In this document: positions 25,925 through 38,422 of the stretch, piece by piece
How positions within the stretch are numbered: the stretch's first letter is position 1
Layout of the letters: each line of letters opens with the position of its first letter
NCBI GenBank assembly: GCA_951406725.2
Contig: OX597815.1
Span: 57,908,001-57,972,000 of the forward strand
Source of the DNA: Octopus vulgaris
Lineage: Eukaryota
Direction: 5' to 3'
DNA length: 64,000 nucleotides
The notes under the pieces: generated by a model
The model's database searches: none
What the model saw: the letters and a program-made list of their open reading frames with translations, nothing else
Told to the model about the DNA's origin: nothing
Made by a program: the position numbers and the translations under genes

Positions 25925-26100
25925 ACTTATTTCAGTCATTGGACTGCAGTCATGTTAGACACCTCCTTGAAGGATTTAGTCGAACAAATCAAGTCGAGTA
26001 CTTACTTTTAAAGTCTGGTACTTATTCTATCATTCTTTTTTTTTTTTGTTGTTGTTGTTGAATTGCTAACTTACAGGGATATAAATAAAACATAATGGAG
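25925..26100 (-). mobile_element. SINE fragment (same family as 19740-19925)
   Basis: TTTCAGTCATT..GACTGCAGTCATG..TTAGTCGAACAAATC..AGTACTTA..GGTACTTATTCTATC. Confidence 0.6.
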
Positions 26101-27290
26101 GATACAAAAACACTTGCACACACTGTGGAGGAAGGATGAGTGACTGGAAGGGAGAGGTGGGAAGGGATTGGAAGGAGGAGAGTATGTGAGCAAGATTAGA
26201 AGGTTGGCAGGCTTAGCAAGGTTTACTGGAGCAGCGATGGAGTGGGTGGTGAAGCTGGCTTTTGTGACCAGAAAGTGGAGATACCATAGGCACAATTGAA
26301 GATGAGGGCTTCCATGCTGAATTTGGCGAAAGATGAACTATGAAGTACTATTAGACAGAAGACACCCCCCCCCCCACTGCACTGAGAAACAGGGTGAGTT
26401 GTTATGAGCTCACCCTGAAAGGAGAAGCTAGGTTTGAGTTCAAGAGAGAGGTGAACAGATGGATAGAGGAGGGCATTTTGATACCATGGAGAGAAGATGC
26501 AGTGTACTGCTGTTGATGGCTGTAGTTCAGCCAACAAAGAATAAAGTTCAACCAGTGCTGGACTTCAGGGAATTGATGAGCACATGTCTTATCATATTGG
26601 TGGTGAGGCAGTGGATGTGTGGAGGTGAGTGAGGGCAGCGACTATGATTGTTAACTTCAAGTCAGTTTGTTTGCAGCTCCACATGTCAGAGAAGTTGTGG
26701 AGGTACCATCTAGTGAGGTACATGGGCAGAACATACTGTCTAACTTGACTGAGTTCAGCACCAAATATCATGATAAAGGTCCTCAAGGTGGTTTTGGGAA
26801 AAGTAGCCAAAATGGAGCAGGCTACCAATTCATAAATTGATGACATCCTGGTAGATGAGAGTGTGGCATTGGCGGAGGAAATTGTGAATCATTTTAATTG
26901 GTTTGGATTGACAGCAAAAAAAAAAAACAGAGGCTATAGAAGGGGGTATAGTGCTGGGGTTCAGGCTCAAAAGATATAAAATGGGTAAGCTTGTGTTTCA
27001 CAGAGGAAATGAGATCCCAAACCTAAATCAGGATATGAATAGGTGAGGACTATTCTCAATGTGTGAGAAGCTGGGGGATCACTAACCTATTACAGGATCA
27101 CTCCAAAAAGCATGTAGCTACATCAAAAGGCAAACAGAGGGAGTGAACTGAGGTGATAAAGTGGGAGAGAAGACAATTGCAATGATGCAGGATGTCTTGG
27201 AGAGAGAGTGCGAGTTGAAGACAGCCTCTTTCTTAAAGTATGTTCTGACCCTGTACCTCACTAGATGGTACCTCCACAACTTCTCTGTGG
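26100..27290 (+). pseudogene. Heavily degenerate LTR-retrotransposon-type pol (RT/RNase H) remnant
   Basis: Broken motifs KVQPVLDFREL, LQLHMSEKLWRY..RTYCLT, IDDILVDE; short inverted duplicate of 26688-26725 at ~27250-27290. Confidence 0.6.
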
Positions 27291-27472
27291 TGAAGTCAAG
27301 TCATGTGCTGGGTGTGGTTGTAGTGTAGGTGTCCTTGCTGGCAAGTGGTTGGGAGAGCTTACACATGGTTACAACTGTGAGGTCTGGCTGGTTTACTGGT
27401 AAGGATTGTCGCAGATTGCAACTCAAAGTAAGAGCAACTTTATTTCATGCCTTACAACAGCAACACACACAC

Positions 27473-29400
27473 ATCATCATCATCATCATTTAACATTCGT
27501 TGTCCATGCCAGCATGATTTGGATGGTTTGACTGCGCTGGCATGCTGGAAGGCTGCACCAGATTCTAGTCTGATTTGGCATGGTTTTCTATGGCTGGATG
27601 CCCTTCCTAATGCCAACCACTCCAAGAGTATAATGGGTGCTTTTACGTGCCATCGGTACAGGTGCCCTTTGCATGATACCAGGGTGTGTTTACGTTCCAC
27701 TGGCACAGGTGCCAATATGTGTGACACCAGTATCTGCCATGATTGTGATATTGCTCAGCTTGATGGGTCTTCCCAAGTGTGACATAATGCCAAATCTCTT
27801 GGTCATTGTCTCCGTGAGGCCCAACACTCAAAAGGAACTCAGCCACTTTGCCTCTGTCAGGCCCAACATTCAAAAGATGTTCTTTATGTGCCACTAGCAT
27901 GGGTCCACTTGGCCTGATGGATCCTCTAAAGCACAGAACATTGTCAAAGGTTTCAGTCACCAGTCATTGCCCCTGTGAGGCTCAAAGTTCGAAAATCATG
28001 CTTCACCATCTCATCCCATGTCTTCCACAGTCTGCCTCTACCACAGGTACCCTCCATAGTTAAAGATTGGCACTTCTTTACACAATTGTCCTCATCCATA
28101 CACTTCACATGACCATACCAGTGCAGTTATCTCTCTTGCATACCACATCTAATTCCTCTTATGACCAACTTTTCTCTCAAGATGCTTACACTCTGTCAAA
28201 CATGCACACTGACATTGCACATCCAGCGAAGCATACTAGCTTCATTTCTCTCAAGCCTACACATAGCACATGTTTCACTGCCATGCAGCATAGCAGTTCA
28301 CACACAGGCATCAAACAATCTGCCTTTCACTCTGAGAGAGAAGCCCTCTGTTGCCAGCGGGGGTAGGAGCTCTCTGAACTTTGCCCAGTCTAATCTTACT
28401 CTCACAGCTACACTCTCGGAGCATCCACCTCCACTACTAACTTGGTCACCTAGATAATAGAAGCTATCTACTACCTCTGGCTTGCAACCCCCCCCCTGGC
28501 AGTTGATGGAGTCTATTTTCTGTCTATTTTCAGTGTTTATTGTACCTGTGCACCTTCCACATACAAAAGTTAGTTTCCCTGTTAACCTTCCTTTGATGTT
28601 GCTGCACCTTTCATGTATCCAAAGCTTACACTGGGTGCATCATATGGAGTATCTACCCACACCTTTTCTACAGATTAAGCAGGGCCATTTACCTGAAGTG
28701 ATTTGTGATTTGTCTGCCTTCCTACTTACTAAGACTTTCATTTTCGCTAGCTTCTCCTTGGCTAGATATACCTGTCTCCTAGCTTCCCTTCTGGCTATCT
28801 GATACAGTTCCCTGCTACCTGCACTCTTCCAGGCCTATTTCTTTGCTCTAATGGCCCTGTCTACAGTATTGTTCCACCACCACATTACCCTAAGTCTGGA
28901 AGGGATTTTGCACCAGCTACAGATTTGGTCTGTGACACTCTGCAAGCTGTCTTGCAGAAATTCCCAGTTGCCCTCTATGTCAAAAGTTTGTAGTTCCCCT
29001 CCCTCTCATCAAATTTCTCAATTAGGATGTCCCTAAATCTCTGACCATATGAAGGGTCCTTAAGCTTCCAAATCCTTCTTTTCCAGGTTGGTCTGCTTCT
29101 TGGCATCCTTCTGGCCTGGAGTCTAGAGTTACTAATGACTAGTCTATGTTGGGGGGGGGGGGCACATTCTTCACCAGGGAAGGTTTTTGTATCTCAGAGC
29201 AACCATGCATCCTGCTTCCTGGTGAGAATGAAATCGATCTGGCTAGCAGAGTCACCTGATTGATAGGTTATCAGGTGGCTGGCTGGCTTCCTGAAGTTGG
29301 TGTTGCAGATCAGTAGGTTATTTGCATCACAGAACTCCAGTAACTTTGTTCTCTCTTTGTTATGGGAACCAATTCCATGAACACCATGGAAGATATCCAT
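27473..29400 (-). mobile_element. Diverged RTE family A relative with a large internal deletion
   Basis: (CAT)n tail; PHD-like CLIC..CTQC..HERC..CGRC; EN remnant LLEFCDANNLLICNT..SQIDFIL; RT core missing at the ~28740 junction. Confidence 0.85.
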
Positions 29401-30745
29401 GTTGTTTGTGATGTCCTCTTTGATCCTTTACAGTTTGAAACTCTCTCCACAGGTGTAGTTTTTTCTGTGAATTATGAAAATTGCAAACTACTTTTTAATA
29501 TTTTTTATTTGTTTTTTGAGGGATGGACATTTTGTAATTGATACCATCTGTATTTAGGTTTAGTGTTTGGACTTCATCACAAAAATTTCAATGTAAATGT
29601 TAATTTCTGTTTCCATGAAATATTTTCAACTTTAAAGCTTTTGTAATGTTTTTTATAATTAATTTATGAAAAAATAAGTTGTTTTAATTTTCACAACTTT
29701 GCTACTGCATGCTATGGAAAGTGCTTTGAGAAAATGGATGAATCTGATGTAGATATCTTCTAATGTAGATATTTTCAATAAAATTAGAACAAGTGTGTCA
29801 AACAAATAACATCCCATTCTTTACTTTCTTCAACCTCAAAACTTATCAAATAAATAAATGTTTCTGTTGCTCAGTGGAATGTTATGTGCATTTTGTATGA
29901 GAGATCAATCACTCATCCTTTCTGGTTAGTATTTTTATTGTTTTTTGTTAATCTATCTCTAGTTTTCATTTCCTATTATCTCTTCCAAGGAGATATTTAT
30001 CTCTCTAGCTTTATCTCTGACTCATTCTTCTTACCTATTTCTTTTTCTCTAATTTGAAAGAAACTAATTAATAGAAACAATGAAGAAAAGATAAAAGAAA
30101 TGTAAAGTACAATATAGATAAAATTAACATACATAAGTAATTCAAACATTTGATGCTTTACATGATAATATTGCATATAGGTAGTATTGAATGTGTAGTC
30201 TTATAAGACAACATTTCTGAAAGCTACAATTTTTATTATACACTTGTCACTTTTTCTACCTTAAGAGTTGTTATCTACTATATTTCACTCTTGGTAAAGA
30301 ACTAAACAATCCTAACTATGGAATGGATGACATACTCTTATTATTGTATAACTGTACAGTTATTGTAGTTAAGCTTTAACAGATCTTAATATGCTGTATT
30401 TCATTCTCATTTTCATACGGGAAAAAAGTTCATATAGCTAGGGTGAATCCCTAGTCCCAATGGATGAAGCATAGTAGCTACCCCACTGACCTGTGGATTT
30501 TAGAAAATATATCAGCAATATATAGCTGTATGGTAAAAAAAAAAGGTCACTTCGTAATAATATGATTCTGGATTTGTTTTCTCTGCATTGTATCTTGGGC
30601 AAATGTCTTTTATTATAAGTTCAAGTGAAATTTGGTAGACACACACACATACAAAATGGACTTCATAACAGAAGAAAGGATGAATAGGCAGACAACAGGT
30701 GTCATGATATGTTTAAACTTATACAACAAATAGAGAAAAACAAAT

Positions 30746-31575
30746 ACAAGTCCTCGTTTTGGCACTTTAAATTACCAGAAAATAATACTGCAGAAAATAA
30801 TTTATTGCAGTGGCTTTTGCCGGTGTTTGCTAAATTTTTCTTGAGAACATTTCTTAGTGGTCAGAACATTTCTTAGTGGTAAGACCATAGTAGATCTACT
30901 TCTAGCATAAGTAGCATAAGGGTTGTCCACATAGTGGTCATCCATCTCATATGTCTATAATACAATTTACTGAACCATCAGACTTTAATATGCTAGACCA
31001 CTGGTTTTAAATTGATGTTAATTAAATTAATATCCAATTTCTCACCCTCATTTTAAATTTAAATTAATATGTTCTCTAACCAGCAAAAGCCACTGCAGTA
31101 AATTATATTCTGCAGTATTATTTTCCAGTAATTTAGCATGCCAAAACGAGGACTTTTGAAAAATAACTGCAAGTGTAATAGGTAGAACTATATACAGGTC
31201 TGGCCTTGTGTGGATGTCCCTTTATATAGTTCTGCAAATTATATTTGTATGGACGTTCACACTGAAGATCTACGGACATATTGCATAAGTAAAATTACAC
31301 AATTCTATTAATAGTGAAACATATATGTCACTAATCTATATTTATGTTACTTTTCATTTGTCTTGGTGTTCTGGTGTTTGGTAAATTTTTCTTGAGAACA
31401 TTTCTTAGTGGATCTACTTCTAGCATAAGGGTTATCCACATAGTGGTCATTCCTCTCATATGTATATAATACAATTTACTGAACCTTCAGACTTTAATAT
31501 GCTAGACCACTGGTGTTAAATTGATGTTAACTAAATTGATATCCAATTTCTCACACTCATTTTAAATTTAAATTT
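30746..31575. repeat. ~80-bp inverted repeat plus ~200-bp direct duplication (pseudo-LTR-like rearrangement)
   Basis: 30746-30825 is inverted at 31079-31156; 30826-31060 is repeated at 31372-31575. Confidence 0.8.
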
Positions 31576-31660
31576 ATATATACATGTCATGTGTGTGTAT
31601 ATATTCCCATATATATATATTCCCATATATATATATATATTCCCATATATATATATATTC

Positions 31661-31723
<63 letters not shown>

Positions 31724-31842
31724 TTCATATGTATATATATAAAATATAAATTAGAGATAAAAACCACTATTATACAACTCAAACAGTGATAGACATAAAC
31801 CAAAACATAAATAACAAATAAAATATATTTTTATAAAACATA

Positions 31843-32750
31843 CAGGGTGTCCATAAAGTCTCTTTGCAATTTTAAAATTTTATTACAAAGGTAATTGACA
31901 AGATATCTTAACCAGATTTATTTTATTGTAATAATTGTTTATTAAAGTTTTTCAACTGTTATTCAATAGACCTCAATATGGGCACCATTAGTTGCCTGAA
32001 GCACATCAAGACAGTACTCGATTTCTTGCCATGTTCGCTGTAGGATAGCCTCATCAACGGTGGTAATGGCATTACGAATCCTTTGCTTTAAGTCAGCAAT
32101 ATCCCGTATCTTTGTTTGATACATGATATCTTTTACATAACCCCATAAAAAGAAGTCCAATGGAGTGATATCTGGCGAATGCGGTGGCCATGGAATTGGC
32201 CCATACCTTCCAATCCATCGGTCTAAAAATGTTTGATTGAGGAACTGACGAACATGCCGTCCCCAATGTGGTGGTGCACCATCTTGCTGGAAAATAATGG
32301 TTGATTGTAAATCAATCAGTTGTGGTGCCACATATTCAGTCAGAAGGTCAAGGTAAACATCTGCAGTAATTGTTGCCTCGTTCAAGAAAAATGGACCAAT
32401 TATTCAATTGCACATGATTCCACACCACACATTCATTTTTGGACTATCCCGTTGAAGCTCTCTAGTCACATGGGGGTGTTCTGATCCCCAGATTCTCACA
32501 TTGTGTCTGTTTAATTTCCCTGAAACATGAAAGTCACCTCATCACTAAAACAAACTCGCTTGAGGAATGCTTCATCCTCATTTTATAGGGTTTCAGTGAA
32601 TCAGTTCCCTTCCATCAACAGAGTAAGTGAAACACAAAGATTTAATATCAATAAAAACTTATTAAAATAAAACAAATCTGGTTAAAATATCTCATAAACT
32701 GCCTTTGTAATAATTTTTTTAAATTGTAAAGAGACTTTATGGACACCCTG
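31843..32750 (-). mobile_element. Internally deleted DD41D (rosa/VS-type) mariner-like transposon
   Basis: TIRs CAGGGTGTCCATAAAGTCTCTTT.. with TA TSD; FSDE, FQQDGAPPH, WPPHSPDITPLDFFLWG; 41 residues counted between the second and third Asp. Confidence 0.9.
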
Positions 32751-32837
32751 TATAACTAGATCTCAAAAGTATAAAAATGAATAATCAGTATATAATAAGT
32801 AAAAAAGAATGAATTATCAATATATAATAAGTAAAAA

Positions 32838-32937
32838 AACTACATATGTTTCATGGCTGCAATTAAATTCGAATTACAATTAAATTTAAATTTAATTGAA
32901 ATGAATTCAATTTAAAATTATAATCATTCTTCAGGTT
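32838..32937 (-). ncRNA. Minimal type I hammerhead ribozyme with intact core and long AU-rich stem II
   Basis: Minus strand: AAC-CTGAAGA-ATGATTATAATT...AATTGCAGCCAT-GAAA-CATATG-TA-GTT; stem I only ~3 bp. Confidence 0.65.
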
Positions 32938-34007
32938 AAAAATAATAGTTAAATAAATAAGCAAATAGAGTTAAACAATATTTATTTAAAAATAAATAAA
33001 ATAATAATTTTTCTTATAGAAGAAACTCCATTAACTAAATTTGAAACTTAAAACATTAGGATTAGTTTCCATCAACACATTTATTATTTTAAATATTTAA
33101 TATTTAAGGTAAAAAAAAAAGTACAGTAAATAGATAGAAATATGTATTTATCTGCAAAGATATAATTTAGCTTAAAAAAACATTAATAAACTATAGAATA
33201 TCTTTAACCCAATTATACTCCAATATTTAATTACCAAATTATTTAACAAACTAATCACTATTAATATTTTTAGATTTTAGTTCGCATATAATAATTATAA
33301 AATAATAAATACATAAAAATAAGTATCTAAAATATAATCAACAAATATAGTAATTAAAAATCTAAATTTTTTCTATCAATAACCGTATAAACATATAACC
33401 AAAAATAAATTAGTCCATTATTACTTACATAAATATTACTGATATCTATAGAAAATATCTATGAAATACAAAAATTGAAAAATTCAAATTAAAAATATAT
33501 AACCTATCTTTATAAAATACTTATTATTACTACTATCAAAAACATTTTTATGATCTGTATCGCAAAGTTACTAACTAATATCTTAAAATTTACGTTCGGA
33601 TATAATAATTATAAACTAATAATAATTAAATAAATGTACATATCTAAATTATCATTAACAAATAAAAAAAATTATAAATTCAAATTTAACAATCAATAAT
33701 ATTTCTTAAATAAAAAAGTTTACTTATCTCTCAAAAAGCGTGTCATTAACTAAAAAACTTCAAAACGGAAAATGTCTTAAGTGTTTATAAAAACTCGTGG
33801 AATTACATTATTAACAGAAATAGAACAAACAGATGGAAATATACATTTTATCAATGAAAACTACGAATATATTTTAGCTTTAATGGATAAAGAGAATAAA
33901 GTCACTAATAGAGAATAGAATCACTCTACACTATAATGTCTTTCACTATAAAACTAAAATTTAGAATTAACTACGATAAATTATACTCAAAACTCTATAA
34001 ATTGAAA

Positions 34008-34503
34008 TCTATATATATAAAACTGTAGTTGTGTGAGTGTCTGTCCCCTTCGATTTAGATTCCTAACTACTCCCACATTTTGCGGTGCAGTTTAACCAAA
34101 TTTGGGTATCTTATAGTCATGATTCATATCGAGCCCGTCTGGGTATTAGTGCACGTCTACGATGAGTCTACGATTTTAAAAATAATTTAACATCATTTTT
34201 TATTCCATTTTAATGCATAATTTTTCGTGTGTCGATGGCGGCGGAGTTGGCGTCCATGGTCACACCTGCACCTGTTTGCTTCTCCCCCTTCTTCCCTCCC
34301 TCGTGAAGCTGTGGGGAAGGGAGTGTAAGGAAATCAACGTCGTAAAGCGTTGTCAAGGAGACCAGCGTTCTTTTAGAACAACGACTTCATGGCTTGAAGA
34401 CACCAAAACGGAAATGGCTAAGAAAGCCCGAATTGGCATCTATAAAAATGCTTATATAGTTATTTCCCTTACAAACCCGAGCAACGCCGGGCGATACTGC
34501 TAG
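34008..34503 (+). mobile_element. Non-autonomous Helitron
   Basis: 5' TC, 3' CTAG preceded by hairpin CCCGAGCAACGCCGGG, inserted between A and T, no TSD. Confidence 0.8.
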
Positions 34504-35279
34504 TAATTTATATAACTACTATTTACTGTATATTCTCTAATAATCTTATACAAATTAATTTATTTCATATATATAAATATGATTATGTTGGAGCCAAATC
34601 TTTATTTAAAGAAAACAACTTTTACACACATTCTATATTAACTCAGTGCTAATTCAATCAGTATCTATATTATAGCTACTAATTAATAAACTTAAGTTAA
34701 TTTAAAAACTATAATGTAATTAATATTCATTAATAAATAATATTAATTAATTAAATAAACATCTAAATAAATCTAATTTGAAATATATAATATAAATACA
34801 TTTTGATTAATATATAAAAAAAGTTATTACAAACTATATATTACAAACTGTCATTTATAACAAATATATATTATATATCATATTAATCTTCAAAACAAAT
34901 GCTAAAATAATAAATTAAACTTATATAAGTAAAGTAATTTATATTTAAATCAAATACTTCGCTCATTAATTGAATAAATAAAGTACATATTATCATTATA
35001 AATAAATAGTTCATAAAGAAAATATTTTTTTACTACATATTCAAAATTATTTATTTAACATTACTAAAACTATTACCATAAAATATATATATACTTAATA
35101 CTATTAATGTTAATTGTTATCGCCATATTAATATGGCATTCTTATAGATATAAGAATAATCGCTGCCGCTGGTCAGCTCCATGAGGCCACCGCCATCAAG
35201 ATAGCTATTGATACACGATCTGTATCCATTATAACCTTCGAACAAGGGAGGTCAGCCGCTTCACACTGCCAGTCCGACA

Positions 35280-35321
35280 GCTACAGACGCGTTTTGGGGT
35301 ATTGCCCCTTGTTAATGTAGC
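35280..35321 (-). ncRNA. Hammerhead copy in the inverted unit (G5A and G12A, probably dead)
   Basis: Minus: GCTACA-TTAACAA-GGGG-CAATA-CCCC-AAAA-CGCG-TC-TGTAGC. Confidence 0.7.
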
Positions 35322-35479
35322 GCAGTCAGACACGCAGGTATCGCCACTGACGTCTCTGTTCGAAGGTTTCTATTTACCTAGTTTCTATTATTGAAAACAA
35401 GTGGATGCATTTCACTGAAACTAGGTAAATAGAAATCTTTGAACAGAGATGTCAGTGGGACACCTGCGGGTCTGACTGC

Positions 35480-35521
35480 GCTACATTGACAAGGGGCAAT
35501 ACCCCAAAACGCGTCTGTAGC
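35480..35521 (+). ncRNA. Hammerhead copy 1 (G12A)
   Basis: GCTACA-TTGACAA-GGGG-CAATA-CCCC-AAAA-CGCG-TC-TGTAGC. Confidence 0.75.
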
Positions 35522-35844
35522 TGTTGGACTGGCAGTGTGAAGCGGCTGACCTCCCTTGTTCGAAGGTTATAATGGATACAGATCGTGTGTCAATTGCTAT
35601 CTTGATGGCGGTGGCCTCATGGAGCTGACCAGCGGCAGCGATTATTCTTATATCTATAAGAATGCCATATTAATATGGCGATAACAATTAATTTTCAGTA
35701 AACGCTGACGTAATCTCTTTTATAGAGACTTAGTAATTTTAATATTTCTATTATTGAAAACAAGTGGATGTATTCCACTGAAACTAGGTAAATAGAAACC
35801 TTCGAACAGAGACGTCAGTGGCGACACCTGCGGGGTCTGACTGC

Positions 35845-35886
35845 GCTACATTGACAAGGGGCAATACCCCGAAACACGTCTGTAGC
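35845..35886 (+). ncRNA. Type I hammerhead ribozyme, U3-A8 core variant, copy 2
   Basis: GCTACA-TTGACAA-GGGG-CAATA-CCCC-GAAA-CACG-TC-TGTAGC; predicted cleavage after C35880. Confidence 0.85.
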
Positions 35887-36209
35887 TGTCGGACTGGCAG
35901 TGTAAAGTGGCTGACCTCCCTTGTTCGAAGGTTATAATGGATACAGATCGTGTATCAATAGCTATCTTGATGGCGGTGGCCTCATGGAGCTGACCAGCGG
36001 CAGCGATTATTCTTATATCTATAAGAATGCCATATTAATATGGCGATAACAATTAATTTCCAGTAAACGCTGCCGTAATCTCTTTTATAGAGACTTAGTA
36101 ATTTTAATATTTCTATTATTGAAAACAAGTGGATGTATTCCACTGAAACTAGGTAAATAGAAACCTTCGAACAGAGACGTCAGTGGCGACACCTGCGGGG
36201 TCTGACTGC

Positions 36210-36251
36210 GATACATTGACAAGGGGCAATACCCCGAAACGCGTCTGTAGC
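36210..36251 (+). ncRNA. Type I hammerhead ribozyme, U3-A8 core variant, copy 3
   Basis: GATACA-TTGACAA-GGGG-CAATA-CCCC-GAAA-CGCG-TC-TGTAGC; predicted cleavage after C36245. Confidence 0.85.
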
Positions 36252-36290
36252 TGTCGGACTGGCAGTGTGAAGCGGCTGATCTCCCTTGTT

Positions 36291-37075
36291 CATCATCATC
36301 ATCATCATCATCGTTTAGCGTCCGCTTTCCATGCTAGCATGGGTTGGACGGGTCAACTGGGGTCTGTGAAGCTGGAAGGCTTCGTCAGGCCCAGTCAGAT
36401 CTGGCAGTGTTTCTACGGCTGGATGACCTTCCTAACGCCAACCACTCCGCGAGTGTAGTGGGTGTTTTTTACGTGCCACCTGCACAGGTGCCAGACAGAG
36501 CTGGCGAACGGCCATGAACGGATGGTGCTTTTACGTGTCACCGGCACGGGGCCAGGCGATGCTGGCAACGGACACGAACGGATGGTGCTTTTACGTGCCA
36601 CCGACACGGGGCCAGACAGAGCTGGCAAACGGCCACGAATGGACGGTACTTTTACGTGTCACCGGCACGGGGGCCAGCCGAGGCTGGCAACGGACGCGAA
36701 CGGATGGTGCTTTTACATGCCACCGACACGGTTGCCAGACAGAGCTGGCAAACAGCCACGAGCGGACGGTGCTTTTACGTGTCACCGGCACGGGAGCCAG
36801 CCGAGGCTGGCAACGGACACGATCGGATGGTGCTTTTACGTGCCACCGACACGGGGCCAGACAGAGCTGGCAAACGGCCACGAACGGATGGTGCTTTTAC
36901 GTGCCACCGACACGGGGCCAGACAGAGCTGGCAAACGGCCACGAACGGACGGTGCTTTTACGTGTCACCGGCACGGGGTCAGGCGAGGCTGGCAACGAAC
37001 ATGAACGGATGGTGCTTTTACGTGCCACCGACACAGGGCCAGGCTGAGCTGGCAAACGGCCACGAGCGAATGGTG
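36291..37075 (-). mobile_element. RTE family A 3' UTR-only insertion (~10 repeat units) inside retrozyme unit 3
   Basis: Near-identical to the 3' UTR at 16-1170; splits CCCTTGTTC|GAAGGTTAT with a short (TG)TTC duplication. Confidence 0.92.
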
Positions 37076-38384
37076 TTCGAAGGTTATAATGGATACAGAT
37101 CGTGTATCAATAGCTATCTTGATGGCGGTGGCCTCATGGAGCTGACCAGTGGCAGCGATTATTCTTATATCTATAAGAATGCCATATTAATATGGCGATA
37201 ACAATTAATTTCCAGTAAACGCTGCCGTAATCTCTTTTATAGAGATTTAGTAATTTTAATATTTCTACTATTAATGTTGGTAGGCATATAATAAGCATAA
37301 TAGTAATAACAATATCAATCACAAAAATTAAAAAAAAAATGAAATAACTATCTTTTAATCTATATTCATTAAATAAATTATATATTTAGTAATTAAATAA
37401 ACATCTAAATATAACCTAACTCTATTTAAAAAAACCTTTACTAACTCTTATTGACTTATATTCAAATCACCTACAGAAGTGCAATCACAACACTACTATA
37501 ATTAATTAATTAATTTAATAACAAATATTAATTTAGACTTATTAAATTATGTAATATACAATATATAATCACATGCTAAATTATAGAATAAATACTAGTA
37601 CAAAATATAACTACAAATAAGAAACAAAAATAGGGTTTAAATATAGTCACTATTTATCTAAAAATTTATTATATAAGTAAAGTAATTTGTGTCTACATTT
37701 AATTTTACACTCATCCAATGAATTAACTAATTTATGATTATTAAATAATATTTCTTTAAATTCACTAATACATAAAAAGTATAGGAATTACTACCTATAC
37801 TATATGATTTCACCTTGCAAATTATCTCCCATTTTAAATTATGCTTAATTCGTTGAGATTTAAGTTCCCATATGTATTTGCTAAGCCCAGTAGAGTTAAT
37901 AAGATTTCTATTCTTAAAGGAATGTATATGCTGAGCTACTCTTAATTTAATTTTAGAGGAAGTAGACCCTATATAGATAGCATTTAAGTTATTATTATTC
38001 CTATTATTCACATTAATTAAAGCTACCATAACATTTATAAACAACATCATGTAAATTACATTTATTATTAAATTACTATTACTTTTATCTGTACATGTAC
38101 AATCTATCAGTATGTTATCTTTATTATTGTTGGTATGATTATAAAATTTCGTTTTATAAAAATTATTCAACTTAAATTTGTCAAAAGAAGAAATAATGTT
38201 AGTTACATTATTAGTGGTAGAATAACCAACTCCAAAATTATTACTAGAGAAAATTTTTTTATAGTTACGATTATTATGAATGAATTCTTCGATAATATTT
38301 AAAATCTCTTTAATAATATTAGTTTTAACTTGAGCCCCATAAGGAACAATTAACCAAATTTTATTCATATTAGTTATATTTTTA

Positions 38385-38422
<38 letters not shown>

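Larger units (their letters stand above)
35112..37265 (+). mobile_element. Retrozyme-like non-coding element: one inverted partial unit + three tandem ~365-bp hammerhead-bearing units
   Basis: Units start at 35386, 35749 and 36114; inverted copy 35112-35385; 13-bp TSD TACTATTAATGTT at 35099-35111 and 37266-37278. Confidence 0.85.

Noticed and set aside
35790-35935. tRNA or Pol III B-box reading of GTTCGAA in the 365-bp unit
   Set aside because: No cloverleaf and an imperfect box; better explained as arms of the extended hammerhead stem
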